Source: Atractiella rhizophila
Taxonomy: Eukaryota
DNA length: 41,381 nt
NCBI GenBank assembly: GCA_021432655.1
Contig: MU271589.1
Span: 1 to 41,381 of the forward strand
Direction of reading: 5' to 3'
Made by a program: the position numbers and the translations under genes. The notes below the pieces were generated by a model. The model was given only the letters and a program-made list of their open reading frames with translations. It had not been told where the DNA came from and did not search any database. This document shows, piece by piece, positions 21,114 through 33,421 of this stretch. The number at the start of each line of letters is the position of its first letter. The first letter of the stretch is position 1.

Positions 21114-21138
21114 NNNNNNNNNNNNNNNNNNNNNNNNN
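21114..21138. other. 25-N placeholder gap; true size must be larger
   Basis: 5' halves of both VMA3 and OAT are missing across it. Confidence 0.9.
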
Positions 21139-22418
21139 CCGGCGCAGAAGCTGTTGAAACCGCCTTGAAAATCGCAAGGAAGTGGGGATACGAAAAGAAA
21201 GGCATTACGGAAGGACAGGCGATCATCTTAAGCGCTGAAGGCAATTTTCATGGGAGAACGCTGGGGGTTATTAGTTTGAGCACTGAGGAGGAAAGTAGGA
21301 AAGGTTTTGGGCCGTACCTTTCTCGTGTGGGTGCGGTTTGCCCTGCTGGAGCAGGGAAGATTCGTTATGGCAACATCGAAGATCTTAAGAAGGCATTAGC
21401 AACACGGAAAGGAAACAGCAGCTTTCCTCGTGGAGCCTATTCAAGGGGAAGCGGGGTAAGTGTTCGTTTGCCTGTCCTTGGCATGTGGGATTAACGGTGG
21501 GATGGTTCGAGGCAGTGTTGTTGTTCCACCTGAAGATTATTTGGAGAAAGCTCAGGAACTGTGCAAGCAACACAATGTCCCTCCTCATCTGCGATGAGAT
21601 TCAAACTGGGCTTGGTCGCACTGGCAAAATGTCGGTCTTTCTCGCACTTGTTGTGTTTAGTCGATGATGGGTTCTGCCGCGCTAGGTGCTGCTACGAGCA
21701 CAACCCACGTGTTAAACCAGACATTATCACCCTCGGAAAGGCCCTTTCCGGTGGATTTTATCCCATCTCTGCCGTCCTGACCTCCCATGAGGTTATGGGT
21801 GTGATTAAACCTGGAGAGCATGGTTCAACTTTTGGAGGCAATCCTCGTACGCTTACACCTCCTCCTTTGATATTTAGCCAATCATGTATCACAGTTGCAT
21901 GCGCGATTGGCACCGCTGCTTTAGACGTGATTGTTGATGAGAAACTCACCGAGCGTGCTCAGAGGCTAGGCGAAGTCTTCCGTTCCGCTTTATCCACGTT
22001 GAAGAAGGATGAGAAAGTTGGTAAATGGCTTACGGAAGTTCGAGGCAAAGGTCTACTCAATGCAATAGTCATTGATGAAAGTAAGAGCACGAGGGGAAGG
22101 GGGGCTTGGGAAGTTTGTTTGCTCATGAAAGAAAGAGGTGTGCTTGCCAAACCCACACACCGCAACATGTTAGAGATTCATTTCTTCCCACCACGAAATC
22201 ATTCGCTAATTTGAACGCAGAATTCGACTGGCGCCGCCACTGACCATTGAGGAGGAAGATTTATTGCATGCTGTACAAGTGATCAAAGAGTCGCTGGAAG
22301 CTCTTGATGTGGTCAGTGTCGACTTGTGCATTTAATAAAACAATTGTCTGACAAAGAATAGGTCGACAATATTGACGATCCACATGCATCGGAGAAAATT
22401 GGTAGCATGGAGGCCTGA
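21139..22418 (+). CDS. CAR2: Ornithine aminotransferase (5' part in gap; apparent indel errors)
   Basis: [54 protein letters not shown] (PLP lysine), [24 protein letters not shown]; frame breaks near 21405 and 21580. Confidence 0.93.
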
Positions 22419-22783
22419 AATGTCTGTTCATTCAAGTCGTTTGGATTCAATTATGGAATGTCTCATTCTTAAGGCAATTTCCACGTCCGTGTGCTGCCTC
22501 TCCACGTCGTTCTTTGTCAACTTGTTCATTGGTTCATTGAAAGCATTTTGATCATGTAGCATCACCAGAGCATATCAAATGAATGAAAGTGTTGTGAATA
22601 AAAGTTATTGCTGCCTCTTATCTACCATCAGAAATCTGGAAAAGTAAACTCACCCCTTCGTCGGCAGCCTCACAAACGACTCCAGATGAACAAAATTGAT
22701 TAAACAGATATCATACATAATCGATATAGGCTAATGTCCAGGGTTTTATGTGAAACAAGAATGTCAGTGTCTACTAACTGTCG

Positions 22784-24728
22784 TCATTTCGGTGTTTGCG
22801 TTAGCAGCTCCAACTCCTCCTTTAGGGCATTAACCTGTCTTTGTAACTGGCATTTCTCGTTCTCCATAGCAAGATTACGCAGCGTGAGTTCTTGGAGCTG
22901 CGTGAAGAGTTTGTTGCAGTATGTTGTCTCATGAACCTGTGATACCTGTCAGTAATAAACGAGAAAAGTCAAGCAGGAGTATCGTACTCGGACATCTGTT
23001 TTTGTGCTTTGAAAGAGACATCCTTCAAAGACGTTTGCACATCTTACAGTTGCAATTTAGTCCCAGTAGTAGGACGACACAAAGGAATATGGCGAACCTA
23101 ACATTGGGACAGACTTCTTCGTGAGCCGCTAGCTCTGAACGTTTGATTTGAGGACAATCTGGCCTGCCGACGACAGCGCCAGGACAAGATATGAGTGCAT
23201 TGGGACATTCCTCCACATGCTGAAGCAGCTTATTTTGGGAGATTTGTGCGCCACAGTCACTGGTGACCTCGTTAGCGTCTTCAACGAAGCAACACGAAAG
23301 GGACTAACATGGGGCATGGCACCTTCCTATAACCGCACTGAACCAGGCTTGTCAACTTTTCCAGCAGTGCTGTACCTTCCTTACCTCAAGGTCGTGGATC
23401 AGAGCACAATCACTCCTTCCAGACCAGTCGCAACCATGAACATGATTTCCACACTTCCTTTGTTTGCTCGCCAGTAGCTGCATGAGCTCGGACGCTGGCA
23501 ACACCGCCAATCTGAGCGGCTGGTTGCACAACGCGCACTCCCATCGATTCGGGAGGTTAGAAGATCGTTGCCACTCCAAGCAACTGCACGTCATCCTCAG
23601 CCGATATTACAGAATGACACGGACGAGAAGCATACGCTCTGCAAAATGGATGTTCGTTGTCACACCCAATGACGGGAGCGTCTAAAACTTCCAAACAAAG
23701 TGGACATTCAACATCTGTCACGTCGTCGACGAACAGATTCGAGTCGATTCCAGAAGGTGCATTTCCAAGAGGTGCGGCAGGCGCAGGTGGAGCACGAGCA
23801 CGAGGAGAGGTAACACTGTATGGCGGAATAATATTCAAAATATTGAAAGGGTTCATGGCGAAAGGAGGATCAGTGTTAGTGCGGTTGGGAAGTCGATTCG
23901 CCATATTAGCCATTCTGAGGAAGGGATTTCGTCCTCCACTGATGCATCATTTAGGAGGATAGACTCAATTCCTGCCCTTGGTCTCACTGCTATGTCACCA
24001 ATCTGGCGGGCATGTTGAGTGGTTCCTCGAATATGAGGTAACGTCCGCGATATGGCATCGTTGGCGGGTCGAGCTGCTTGGACAATGTCTTTGGGAGGTT
24101 GAGGAGGCAATACATAGTCTTTGGGCAGGTCAAGCGGTAGCGTTGAATCTTTAGTTGATCGAAGTGATCGGCGTCTCAACTCGACGGTCGGCGATGGGTT
24201 ATGTCCTGGTTGTTTCCTGGAAGAGTGACGAACTGGTAGTGGCTTGATGGTTCTGAGTTGATAAGGTAGAGAAGCGTTGCAATCAATGCTGCCACTTCTT
24301 GAACCTGACCCTGTGTAGAAGCTGTCTAGCATCGCTGAAGACCCAACGGATACGCGCCGCGTCAGCTCGTTTGAAGAAACGTGGGCGGCGTTCCTAGGCT
24401 TATAGCCGTTGGAAGTCTTAGGCATCCTCGCTTCAATAAACTCCACGTCACCATCTGCAGGTGTAGCAGAGATTTTGCGTTTGGAGGTGCTGGCTACCGA
24501 AGGTGGTGGAAAGTAAGGGTTTACTGGCGACGCCATTTTCGAATGAGAGACCACAGGATCTGATTGACGTGATTTCTTGCGTGTCCGGCTCGACTCTTCC
24601 TCTTCAGCTTGGGTAAGGAAGCGTTCCAGCTCGTCCCGCACCGCTTTCGGAGTCGACTCCATGAGACTGAATTGTCTTGCGAAGTAAAGCAATGAGGCAG
24701 TACTGCCACTTGCGGACGCGCTTCTCAC
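22784..24728 (-). CDS. RING finger plus TRAF-type zinc finger protein with C-terminal coiled coil; the disordered ORF 24728-23853 may be its N-terminus
   Basis: CPLCLEVLDAPVIGCDNEHPFC..C....CALC RING; CGNHVHGCDW, HVEECPNALISCP, HEEVCP fingers across several introns; the link between the two frames near 23920-23990 is unresolved. Confidence 0.72.
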
Positions 24729-25193
24729 ATCCTAGAACATTCAAAGACGGGCATACACAACGTATTCGTGTCATAAGAGGGAAAATGCGTGACGCACCCG
24801 TAGCACCTTCTCGAGCGTGGGCTCCCAGGGTCGTGCCACAGCTAGTGGTCGCATCTGGGCTGCATTTTTGACACCACGTTCTATAGCAGCGATATCCATC
24901 TTGATTGAGATCTCGCTACCCAACGCTCTCGAATCCACTTCAATCAGCTCAATCCTCCTTGTCTTGCCCCTGCCCTCCCTTTTGCGAGCCTCGCGGCATC
25001 CAGTCTGCGCGATCGCGCGCAGATTCACGCAACTTGTTTTGCACCACCAAGGTGCGAACCTTGGAAAAAGCGTTGGACCCTGTGGATGAAAGCTTAGCTG
25101 ACTTAGACTAGTTGAAAGTCCACGAGCGCAATGATGACAATCCAGCTTCGTTGTAGAATGGGACTACATAAACGTCACTCTTTGACAGGCACT

Positions 25194-25926
25194 TCATTTC
25201 TTCAACTTCTCCCCTTCGTCCAACACTGACTTAGCGCTGACTACCTCGGCAAATTCTCCATCGATCAAACTCATCTCCACGTTGTGAACCGTCATCGCGC
25301 TCCAAGCGTTTCCATCTCTCCAATCACCTTTTCCCTTCATCTTCTCCCCATAAATCCACACCGGAAACGTGCCACAAGCATCCTCGACCACCCAAACTTT
25401 GTACCCTTCGTCCGTTGCCGCTCTCGCAGCGGAGGAGACGCAATGGACGGAAGACATGCCGACGATGATGAGGTTGTCGATCTTCTTTGCCTTGTGGGCG
25501 GGATGGGAAGACAATAGATCAACCAGGGTTTTGCCCTTCAAAGATGATGGGTGCGCGACCTGTCCCTTGAACGCCGAGCTAGTATGTTTCTGCACGATCG
25601 GCTCGTCCGGCAGAGGAGCAGCGAAATCGAGTGGCTGCACGTTCGTCGTGTTGCCCTCATAGAAAGAGTCTTCGGGGTCTTTCCCAAGGTGGTGCACGTG
25701 GATGATAGGCAGATTGTGTGAGCGGAAGAGGGCAAGGATTGAGGTTACATTTGAGCCGAGCGATTCCCAGGTGGAGGAGAATTGCCGTCCGATGAAATCG
25801 GGAGATTGGAAAGCCTGTACCATACCATTCGCGTCAGCAATTGGAAGTTGAAGTGGATTGGGTATGTACCTTTTGCAGATCGATCACTATGAGCACCGAC
25901 GACTCAAAAGACGAAGGAAGTGGCAT
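25194..25926 (-). CDS. Isochorismatase-family cysteine hydrolase
   Basis: Exon1 MPLPSSFESSVLIVIDLQK spliced to AFQSPD; triad D (IDLQ), K (VQKHTSSAF), C (SVHCVSSAAR); VVEDACG. Confidence 0.88.
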
Positions 25927-26342
25927 GTTTGCTCACTTCTGATGGGGAAGCTTGAAATCGAGTTGTTCTGAGGTTCTGAGGAAGACAGCGGCAGTATCGC
26001 ATCAGAATTCCATGGGGATTTAGATCTTTGCTCCCTTTTATGCCTCAAGGACCCACAAGGAACTGATCAACAATGCGGATGGGAGGACAAACGCGACGCG
26101 AAATTGACTTGAACAGGCTCTTGTATTGCACAACAGGAAGAACCTTACTGTAAAACCTGTAGGAAAGACACGTCAACCAAAAGGCTGTTAAAGGCTCGTA
26201 AAAGCAAGAACTTAAGTGGTGGACTTGGTGATCCCAATACTAACATTCATTCGTCACGTGGCTTTGGAAAGTTTCGAAAGCAGCCTTCAGTGCGTTTCTA
26301 TTCTTCCTTCTGTCTTCGCTAACAATCCTTGGAATCTTAGGA

Positions 26343-27589
26343 ATGTCACACCGTTTCTTCTTTCCCACACGACGGCTGGGGACGCTCTCCATCCCTCTCC
26401 CAAAAGCAAGGCGCATTACCCAGCCTTTTTCAGCGCCAGCATACTTCAGCCGCTCATTCATCCCTCGCGGCCATGCATCTCCTCCTTCCGACCCTCCCAC
26501 GCCCTCTTCAAGCTCATCCGCCGCTTCGTCTAGCAGCACAGCCTCAGCACCATCCCGGCCCCCCTCCTTGAGCTCGGATACCGTCCCCTGCCCCCTCACA
26601 CGCTCTCTTCCCTCTTCTCCGCCTACCGTTCCCTCGCAAAAGACCGCCTCCTCGTTCTCGTCACACTTACCACAATGTCAGGATACGCTTTGGCGCCAGC
26701 GTCCTCCTTCGCCGACCTCAGTTCGCTATCCACCCTCGCAGCCCTCACAGCAGGCACTTGCCTGTGCATTGCGAGCGCGAACGCCATCAACCAACTTGTG
26801 GAGGTGCCTTACGATGCTCAGATGGCTCGTACACGTGGACGGGTGCTCGTCCGTCGTCTACTCTCCCCAGCACATGCGGGGGGTTTCGCATTAACCACTG
26901 GAGTGCTGGGCACTGGGATCCTAGCGGCATTCACCAATCCTCTCACTGCGGCCTTGGGAGCGGGAAACATCGTCCTCTACGCCGGGATATACACCTCCCT
27001 CAAGCGCATCACGCCATTCAACACCCATGTAGGCTCACTCGTAGGCGCCATCCCTCCTTTAATGGGTTGGACCGCGGCCACGAATGCGATAGGCGACTGG
27101 AGAGCGTGGATTGTTCCCGCGATACTGTACATCTGGCAATTTCCACATTTCAACTCACTTTCTTCTTCCCTCGCCAGTTCGTACGCCCAAGCAGGGTACA
27201 GAATGTACGCTTGCCTTTCCCCACGGAAAAACAAGGCTATGGCTCTCCGTTATGCGCTCCTTCTCTTCCCTCTATGCTCATATGCCGCGCCAGCGGTAGG
27301 CATAGTCACTTGGTCATTTGCGTTGTGGAGCGCAATACCAAATGCGGCGTTGGCGGGATGCGCGTTGAGGTGGTGGATGTGGAGTGAGGAGAAGTGGGCG
27401 AGGTATACGTTTTGGGCTTCGCTTGTCCACCTGGCGGTGCTGTTGGGGTTGATGCTGGCTTTCAAGGAAAGGTGAGCTCTCATCTCCTGTCAGTAGGGCA
27501 GAGTTCATTTGTTTTCTGGCAGTGGAGAGCGCGTGGAAAGCTTGGAGCTGGAAGGGAGGAGGTTGCTTGAAGGTCCGTTTAAGTCTTGA
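26343..27589 (+). CDS. COX10: Protoheme IX farnesyltransferase (heme O synthase)
   Basis: Basic mitochondrial presequence; ANAINQLVEVPYDAQMARTRGR, YTSLKR, GSLVGAIPPLMGW, WQFPHFNSLS; one-base frameshift probably in the C-run near 26560; last intron ~27472-27522. Confidence 0.93.
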
Positions 27590-30500
27590 CTCTGTATGGA
27601 CAGAGTACTTACATTACACTTTTCTCAGAGAAGAAGAAAGCGTGGTGAAGGTTACGCTGTTTAAACAAGGTATGAGAAAGGTTTGTCAGTCATGTGTAGT
27701 TGGGATGATCACACTTAATGCATCTTCAGGAGGGTTTAACTTCGTTCAGGTTGGGGAAGAACAGAATTATATTAGTTAGCACTGTATTGGAATGTTCCAT
27801 GTGTGCTGTCAACTGCTCTGCTTTTATCGGTTGGGATATACAGCTCCACTAAACCAGAGTCAATGGACGCACCAACACTTGCACATTGAGAGTGACAATC
27901 TGAACGGCAGTAGCGGAATGGTCAAATTACATTTATTTTGAGGTCGCTAAGCAGGTACGTCTGCAACCGTCAGCATTCGTGGCACATGGGCGGTTTGTTC
28001 GAGGAGCTCCTTCCCCCTTCCAGTACGATAACAAAAGCGGCGTTGCATCTAGAAGTGAGTTGTCAGCTTCATTTGACTTGAACTGACTACTCTCCTTGTG
28101 GCCTTAAAATCGATTCTGCTTCCTTCTTGGATCACACCCTCCTTTCGTCTTTGCAGCGACAATCGTCGTCCTCTCTCGTTTTTCGATCCCTTGTGAACCA
28201 GAGATTCCGGAGATGACTGTGCTCCGTATACTGAAGCCAAAGTCACGCTAAACGGTGCCCTCTACCGCAGACAATGTCAACCATTCAAAATGGACTACCG
28301 ATTGTTTTCCCAGTTTTGACAAGAACTTGCACGTCAAGAAGCATTCAACCTTCCCAAGCCTATTCTCTTTCGCTTCCTCTCCAAGATGCCCCAATTGAAG
28401 ATTCTAGCTCTAGGAGATGTTTATGCCTTGTAGGAGACAGTGGAAACGTCCTTCGGCTGCGGGTGGCATGTCACTGCTGTGCGGTGCTGCTCCCCCTTTC
28501 CTTATCATGCGTGGACCTTACAGTAATGAAAAAGGGAATGTCTTTCCTTCCTGATCAGCACATAACAACGCGCGCCGACGCGCACATGCGCTGTCAAATT
28601 CGAGCTTGTCACCACACCACCGCTGAAAGAGCAACAACGCCTTCCGTCTCTCAAGCCTTGTGATTCTTGTACCCCGATCTTCCGCCTTTTTGCCTGTTAG
28701 GGAGGAACGGAAGTTGGACAAGTCGTGTATTTGCAGCCGTTGGACAAATTGGAGGGCTTAGTTTGGGTTGAGAAGGTGCTCGCACATCGAAGTGAGCGAT
28801 TTCCTTTGGAATTGGTTTTTTCTGATTCTTACTCTCGTCTGTCTGCTTTCTTTACATACAGTAACATTGATCCTCCAGTAAGTAACTTGTGGTGCGTATC
28901 GGAGGCATGGAGATGCTTACTGTGTCAGAGGATTGGAAATTAATGATCTTCGTTGGCCGGGTCGATTGATCAAAGCGCCGTTTGCAGGATGAGCTCACTC
29001 ACAATGCCTCATCTTGCAATCTCAACGATCTCAACCTCAACCTGACGCAAGTTCCTGTCCTAAGGTTTACAGTAGCGCGATGGGCTAAAAGCAATCAATC
29101 GCTCTAATCCGAAAGAAATGACGGCTAATATTTCATCTCAAAAAAGCGTCAATTCAGCTCTGCAAGTTTGATGAGGTGATGACCCTGCCTTGATATTTAG
29201 CCACGTCATTATATTCCCGAGCGCGTAAAGCCTGCTCCAATACGACCTTTACAGTATTTCCCCAAGCTCAGTCCCTTGACACTGCTTGACGAAATAGGCA
29301 GCACGCAAAACGCTAGCGTTCAATCAACGTCTTCACGTCCTATTCACAACGCTAACGCTGCTCCTAGTTGTTCCGTTCAAGTCAGCCCTCAGCCCAGGTT
29401 TTCGTGGGGAAGTGAAGCATCAACAGATGGATTTGATTGCAAAGGGGCCGAAGGACGCCAATTCCGGTGGTGCCCGTGACGTGTGCTCCCTTTTCTTCAG
29501 TTATTATGCGTTCATCCCTGTCGCTATGCCTAGACGCGCCGAAGGGGATCGGTTACAGTTACCTCCATTCGATTCTTGGCAAGTGGTGAGTCCATTGTGT
29601 TTGGACCCGTAAGGAATGAAGTGCGTTTTGTCACGACTTTAGCTCGGCAGGAGAAAAGCTGCGAGGTATTAATGTGGAAGCATTTCAGAAATGAATTGCA
29701 TTCAGCTTCCGTCATTTCTTGTTCGGGAAACAGAGGCTGTCCCTTTATTCGATTTGATTGAGAAAGCAAGTGTGAGGAGGAGGCATCTTGATGAATTTGG
29801 ATGAATCGGAATGAATCACCTTGGACTCCTCTGAAACTGTCTGCCCGGGCTCTCTCTATCTAGCTGACCCTCCGACTTGTCATCGCGGGATGTTTGGGTG
29901 GGCACCGACCTTTATTCCATTTTAGGATCAGGTATCGTCGCTTCAAACAAGGAAAACAGGCAGCTCCAGGGCATAGCTTGTGTTGGGCTTGTGTTGTTCG
30001 CCAATCTCAGCGGTGGAAAGACTGCATGAAGGACGTTCGAGGAACGTCGACTTGCACACGCGCCACTAATACAGTGAGTTACACCACAAGCACAAGCACA
30101 GCACCGGGAAGAGGAAGTCGAGATCCCTTCACGTGCTCAATTGCAACCACTGCGTGCTCTGTCTTTTCAATGGAGCTCATTGAAGGTCGATGTGTCTGGT
30201 ACATTTTGAGCCACTGAGTCGAATTGAATTTTGCTCTTCCAAGAGTCGAGCTGTTTGGCACCTTCCTCGGTTGTTCGGTTGGGTTTGAGTTGCTCGAATG
30301 CGGCCGGAAGGCGGCTCACCGCATGCGGACTTCCAAGGGCTCTTGAAACAGCAGAAAATCAGCGGAGTGCCCATCCTGTCCACGCCGATCGCTTCATTTA
30401 GAGAGCAGAGATGAGATGTATCGCACAAGACTGGAGCGAATTACGAAGCTGTCTTAGCTGTGCAACCATAAAACCCACCGTCGACTGACGTTTTCCCCCT

Positions 30501-30858
30501 TTCGCTTGCTGCCCTGCATTCTTGCTGACAAAGTCGAAAGACCATTGGACTCCGTCCCCCTTGCAGTCTCCCAGAGCTCTCTGCTATCGGTCATCCCTTT
30601 GCTGTCCATCTTCTTTCGTCACTGTACCAATCAAGAGCGTGCCCTCGGATTTTGGCAGTTTCACCAATCGTGCTATCTGGGGCAAGCACAACGGGATCTC
30701 TAATAGCCTGCAGAAAAGTCCCATACAAAAGGGAGCTGTCCATTCACCTACCCCATCCCTTGAAGGATTGATACTTGTTGCTTCCACTCGGACCACGGTG
30801 AGTCCGTTCTACGCCTCTGCGAGGGACCCAACTGATGGTTGTGGTGGGATAATCAGGG

Positions 30859-33018
30859 ATGTCCCATTTGCCACTTGTCCTCCGCACAGAATCTCTAGAT
30901 AGTCTTGCCGGACCCAGCTCTTCCTCCTCTCCCACTCCCACCTCATCGAACAGCATTCTCTCTCCCGACATCACCGGCTTCCGCTCGCGCCTGCGCGGGA
31001 GACATGATACCAACTCGTCTTCATCTTCTTCAGGCAGCTCAGATGCGGACGAAGAAGCTTTAGCTCTGAAAGACCGCGGTACTGCAACTCCTAGAATTCA
31101 GGTTGGAATGGACAACCGCAAGCTTCCCCTCCTGCCAGATAACCAATTCCCTCTCATCGCGAAGTCGAAATCGCTGGAAACCCACACTATGAACACCTTG
31201 CTCCAGCCGATAGAGGGGGAGGAACACAAGAGAGGCAGACCAAGAGGAGCAAGAACAATGCAAGCGGATGAAGTTGGCTCTGGATCGTTGCGGATTGCCT
31301 CTGGCTCTGGATCTACCTCCGGGACTAAAGGACGACGACCCTTACCCCTCCCTCCGTCGAGTAATAACATTTCTCCTACCCTGAACGACCTTTGTCCTTC
31401 CACTTCGATAACCATTTCTCCTACCCTAAACGAGCCTTGTCCTTCCACTTCGACCACTAGCTCCATCCGCTCGGTCCGCCCTCTTCCAACCCCAACCAAA
31501 GTAGAAGAAGCGGAGCAGCAGACACCCATCGAATCTCGAACACGTACAATCTCCCTCCCTTCGTCACCCTCACACTCAGATTTTCCTCCATCCACATTGC
31601 CGTATCTCCGGGCTGCAAGTTCGTCGAGATTCGAAGCCATGCCAGAAGCCTCGACTTCCCAGAAGACCATCGAACAGACATTTTCCATTCCGTCCTCTTC
31701 AAGATCTGTGGTCGTGCAGAAAGACCCTCCAGCGAGTCCTCCGACCTTTGCGACCACTCCAAGCAGTCTGAGCTCGAAGACGTACTCTAAGGAAGAAACG
31801 CTAATATCTTCCTACGTACGGAGTTCTCAGCCTAGAACAGAAGATCTCATCGGTCCACCTCGATCGACTCCAAGAGAACAAAATCCCCTGAGAGTCAACA
31901 GAGACAAAATAGTAGCTCCTGTCGCCATAAAGCCTTCCGCCTCACAGAAGCAAGTTTCAGCCGCGGGACCGGAGTCGTCAAGCTCTAGCGGGAAGAAGAA
32001 TTCAGCCCTCGAAAAGGTCTCGAGGAAAACGATGGAAATTCAGATTGATGTATCACCTGTGACGCCACCTCCATTCTCAGATCTCGTCCCACGACGGCTA
32101 TTGGAGCCTCCTCTCTCACTTTCAGTTGACGGTCACGGATCATTGGAGCTGTCTGATCAGCATGTGAAGCCCCTTCGCTCTCCTCCTTCCATGCCACAGC
32201 TTCGACTTCAGCCTTCGAACCCTGAACCAGGGGATCGCTTTCCTCCAGCAAAGCTGGTGAAGAAGAGCAAAATGAGGGAGATTCTCAGTGCACAGAAGGG
32301 TGAGACTGGGATGACGGCTGAACGGCGATCCAAGGATGCAGAGACTGTCCAAGAGTTTTCCAAATCCGATCCTTCTACTACATCGAAGCGGCCACCACCC
32401 TTGGTTTCTCAGGCTTCACATCTCCTTGCGTCCAATTATACGATCGTCAACGAGCCCGAAACTCTTCTTCCACCTTCACCTTACTTTCATGGCTCGATGG
32501 GACAAAGCTCAAAATCTTCATCCTTACCCAGCAGTCCTCTTCCAACACCGAATTCCGTCCATAACGTCAGTAGCTTCAGTTCACCAAAACCTAGTCCCAC
32601 GTCTCTGTACCACTTCAATACCCCTTCTCCCACATTCGCTGCGACCTCTCAAGGGTCTCACGATTCCTCCATGTCGCACCGTAGTCGATGTAGTGCAAAC
32701 GATTATGCACGACTCGATCCATCCCGTTATACCTCTTTCCCTCTCATGTCCGCTCCACCTTCCACCACGATGTCTCGCACTCTTCCTCAACAACTCTCGC
32801 CGCAACCATCTTCAGCAGATCTTCGAAACCCGTCTGCAACGACGAAGAAGCCTCGCTCCTCGTTCGATTCACCCCAAGTGATGTCTACCAAGTCAAACTT
32901 GTCAAGGGAAGAGACTCATCGGACCTTCAAACTTCCTCTCTCATCCAACAAACCGCTCCCACCCGATCCTGCCATCCTTTCGCTTCAACGCCAATTCGAC
33001 GACATTATGCACTCATAG
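30859..33018 (+). CDS. 719-aa Ser/Pro-rich disordered hypothetical protein
   Basis: Single long ORF; RKLPLLP, RRPLPLPP, RPLPTP and KPLPPDP motifs; no catalytic domain recognised. Confidence 0.75.
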   Translation: MSHLPLVLRTESLDSLAGPSSSSSPTPTSSNSILSPDITGFRSRLRGRHDTNSSSSSSGSSDADEEALALKDRGTATPRIQVGMDNRKLPLLPDNQFPLIAKSKSLETHTMNTLLQPIEGEEHKRGRPRGARTMQADEVGSGSLRIASGSGSTSGTKGRRPLPLPPSSNNISPTLNDLCPSTSITISPTLNEPCPSTSTTSSIRSVRPLPTPTKVEEAEQQTPIESRTRTISLPSSPSHSDFPPSTLPYLRAASSSRFEAMPEASTSQKTIEQTFSIPSSSRSVVVQKDPPASPPTFATTPSSLSSKTYSKEETLISSYVRSSQPRTEDLIGPPRSTPREQNPLRVNRDKIVAPVAIKPSASQKQVSAAGPESSSSSGKKNSALEKVSRKTMEIQIDVSPVTPPPFSDLVPRRLLEPPLSLSVDGHGSLELSDQHVKPLRSPPSMPQLRLQPSNPEPGDRFPPAKLVKKSKMREILSAQKGETGMTAERRSKDAETVQEFSKSDPSTTSKRPPPLVSQASHLLASNYTIVNEPETLLPPSPYFHGSMGQSSKSSSLPSSPLPTPNSVHNVSSFSSPKPSPTSLYHFNTPSPTFAATSQGSHDSSMSHRSRCSANDYARLDPSRYTSFPLMSAPPSTTMSRTLPQQLSPQPSSADLRNPSATTKKPRSSFDSPQVMSTKSNLSREETHRTFKLPLSSNKPLPPDPAILSLQRQFDDIMHS
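31368..31457 (+). repeat. In-frame 45-bp tandem duplication
   Basis: ISPTLNDLCPSTSIT / ISPTLNEPCPSTSTT. Confidence 0.85.
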
Positions 33019-33421
33019 TCGACCCTGGTGCTTTCATTTGTTACTCAGCCTGCAGTTTTTGGTGTGAATGCTGTGCTTGTAGACGACATCGGGAACTTGT
33101 GGGACCCGTCGTAAATTATCCAAGATCAGACTTTGATATCCGTTGTACACTATTTTACCATGTAAACTTCACTGCAACCCGATTCAGTTCCATTTCCGGT
33201 AGAATATGCTGCTGCTCCGTTCCTTGAACGACGAACAGCAAAAGATATTTCCAACTGTATAGTGTAACTCTAAGGCGCTATAGCAGGTAGTCCCTTTTCT
33301 TGTAATGCTCTCAACCCTATCAATTAAGGAAAACGAGGCGTCATGCCGCTCAGCTCTGAACGTGCTTGGCCCCTTTCCTCCTTCATTACATGAACATAAA
33401 TCCTAACTCAATAAAGGCCAA

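Noticed and set aside
20726..21494. ORFs 20823-21494 and 20726-21244 as single genes
   Set aside because: They cross the 25-N gap; the part before the gap does not resemble OAT
21139..22418. OAT as a pseudogene
   Set aside because: All motifs are intact and only small indels next to a gap are seen; sequencing error is more likely
31098..31757. Antisense ORFs here and opposite COX10, RPT6 and eIF4E
   Set aside because: Shadows of the real genes with no independent motifs
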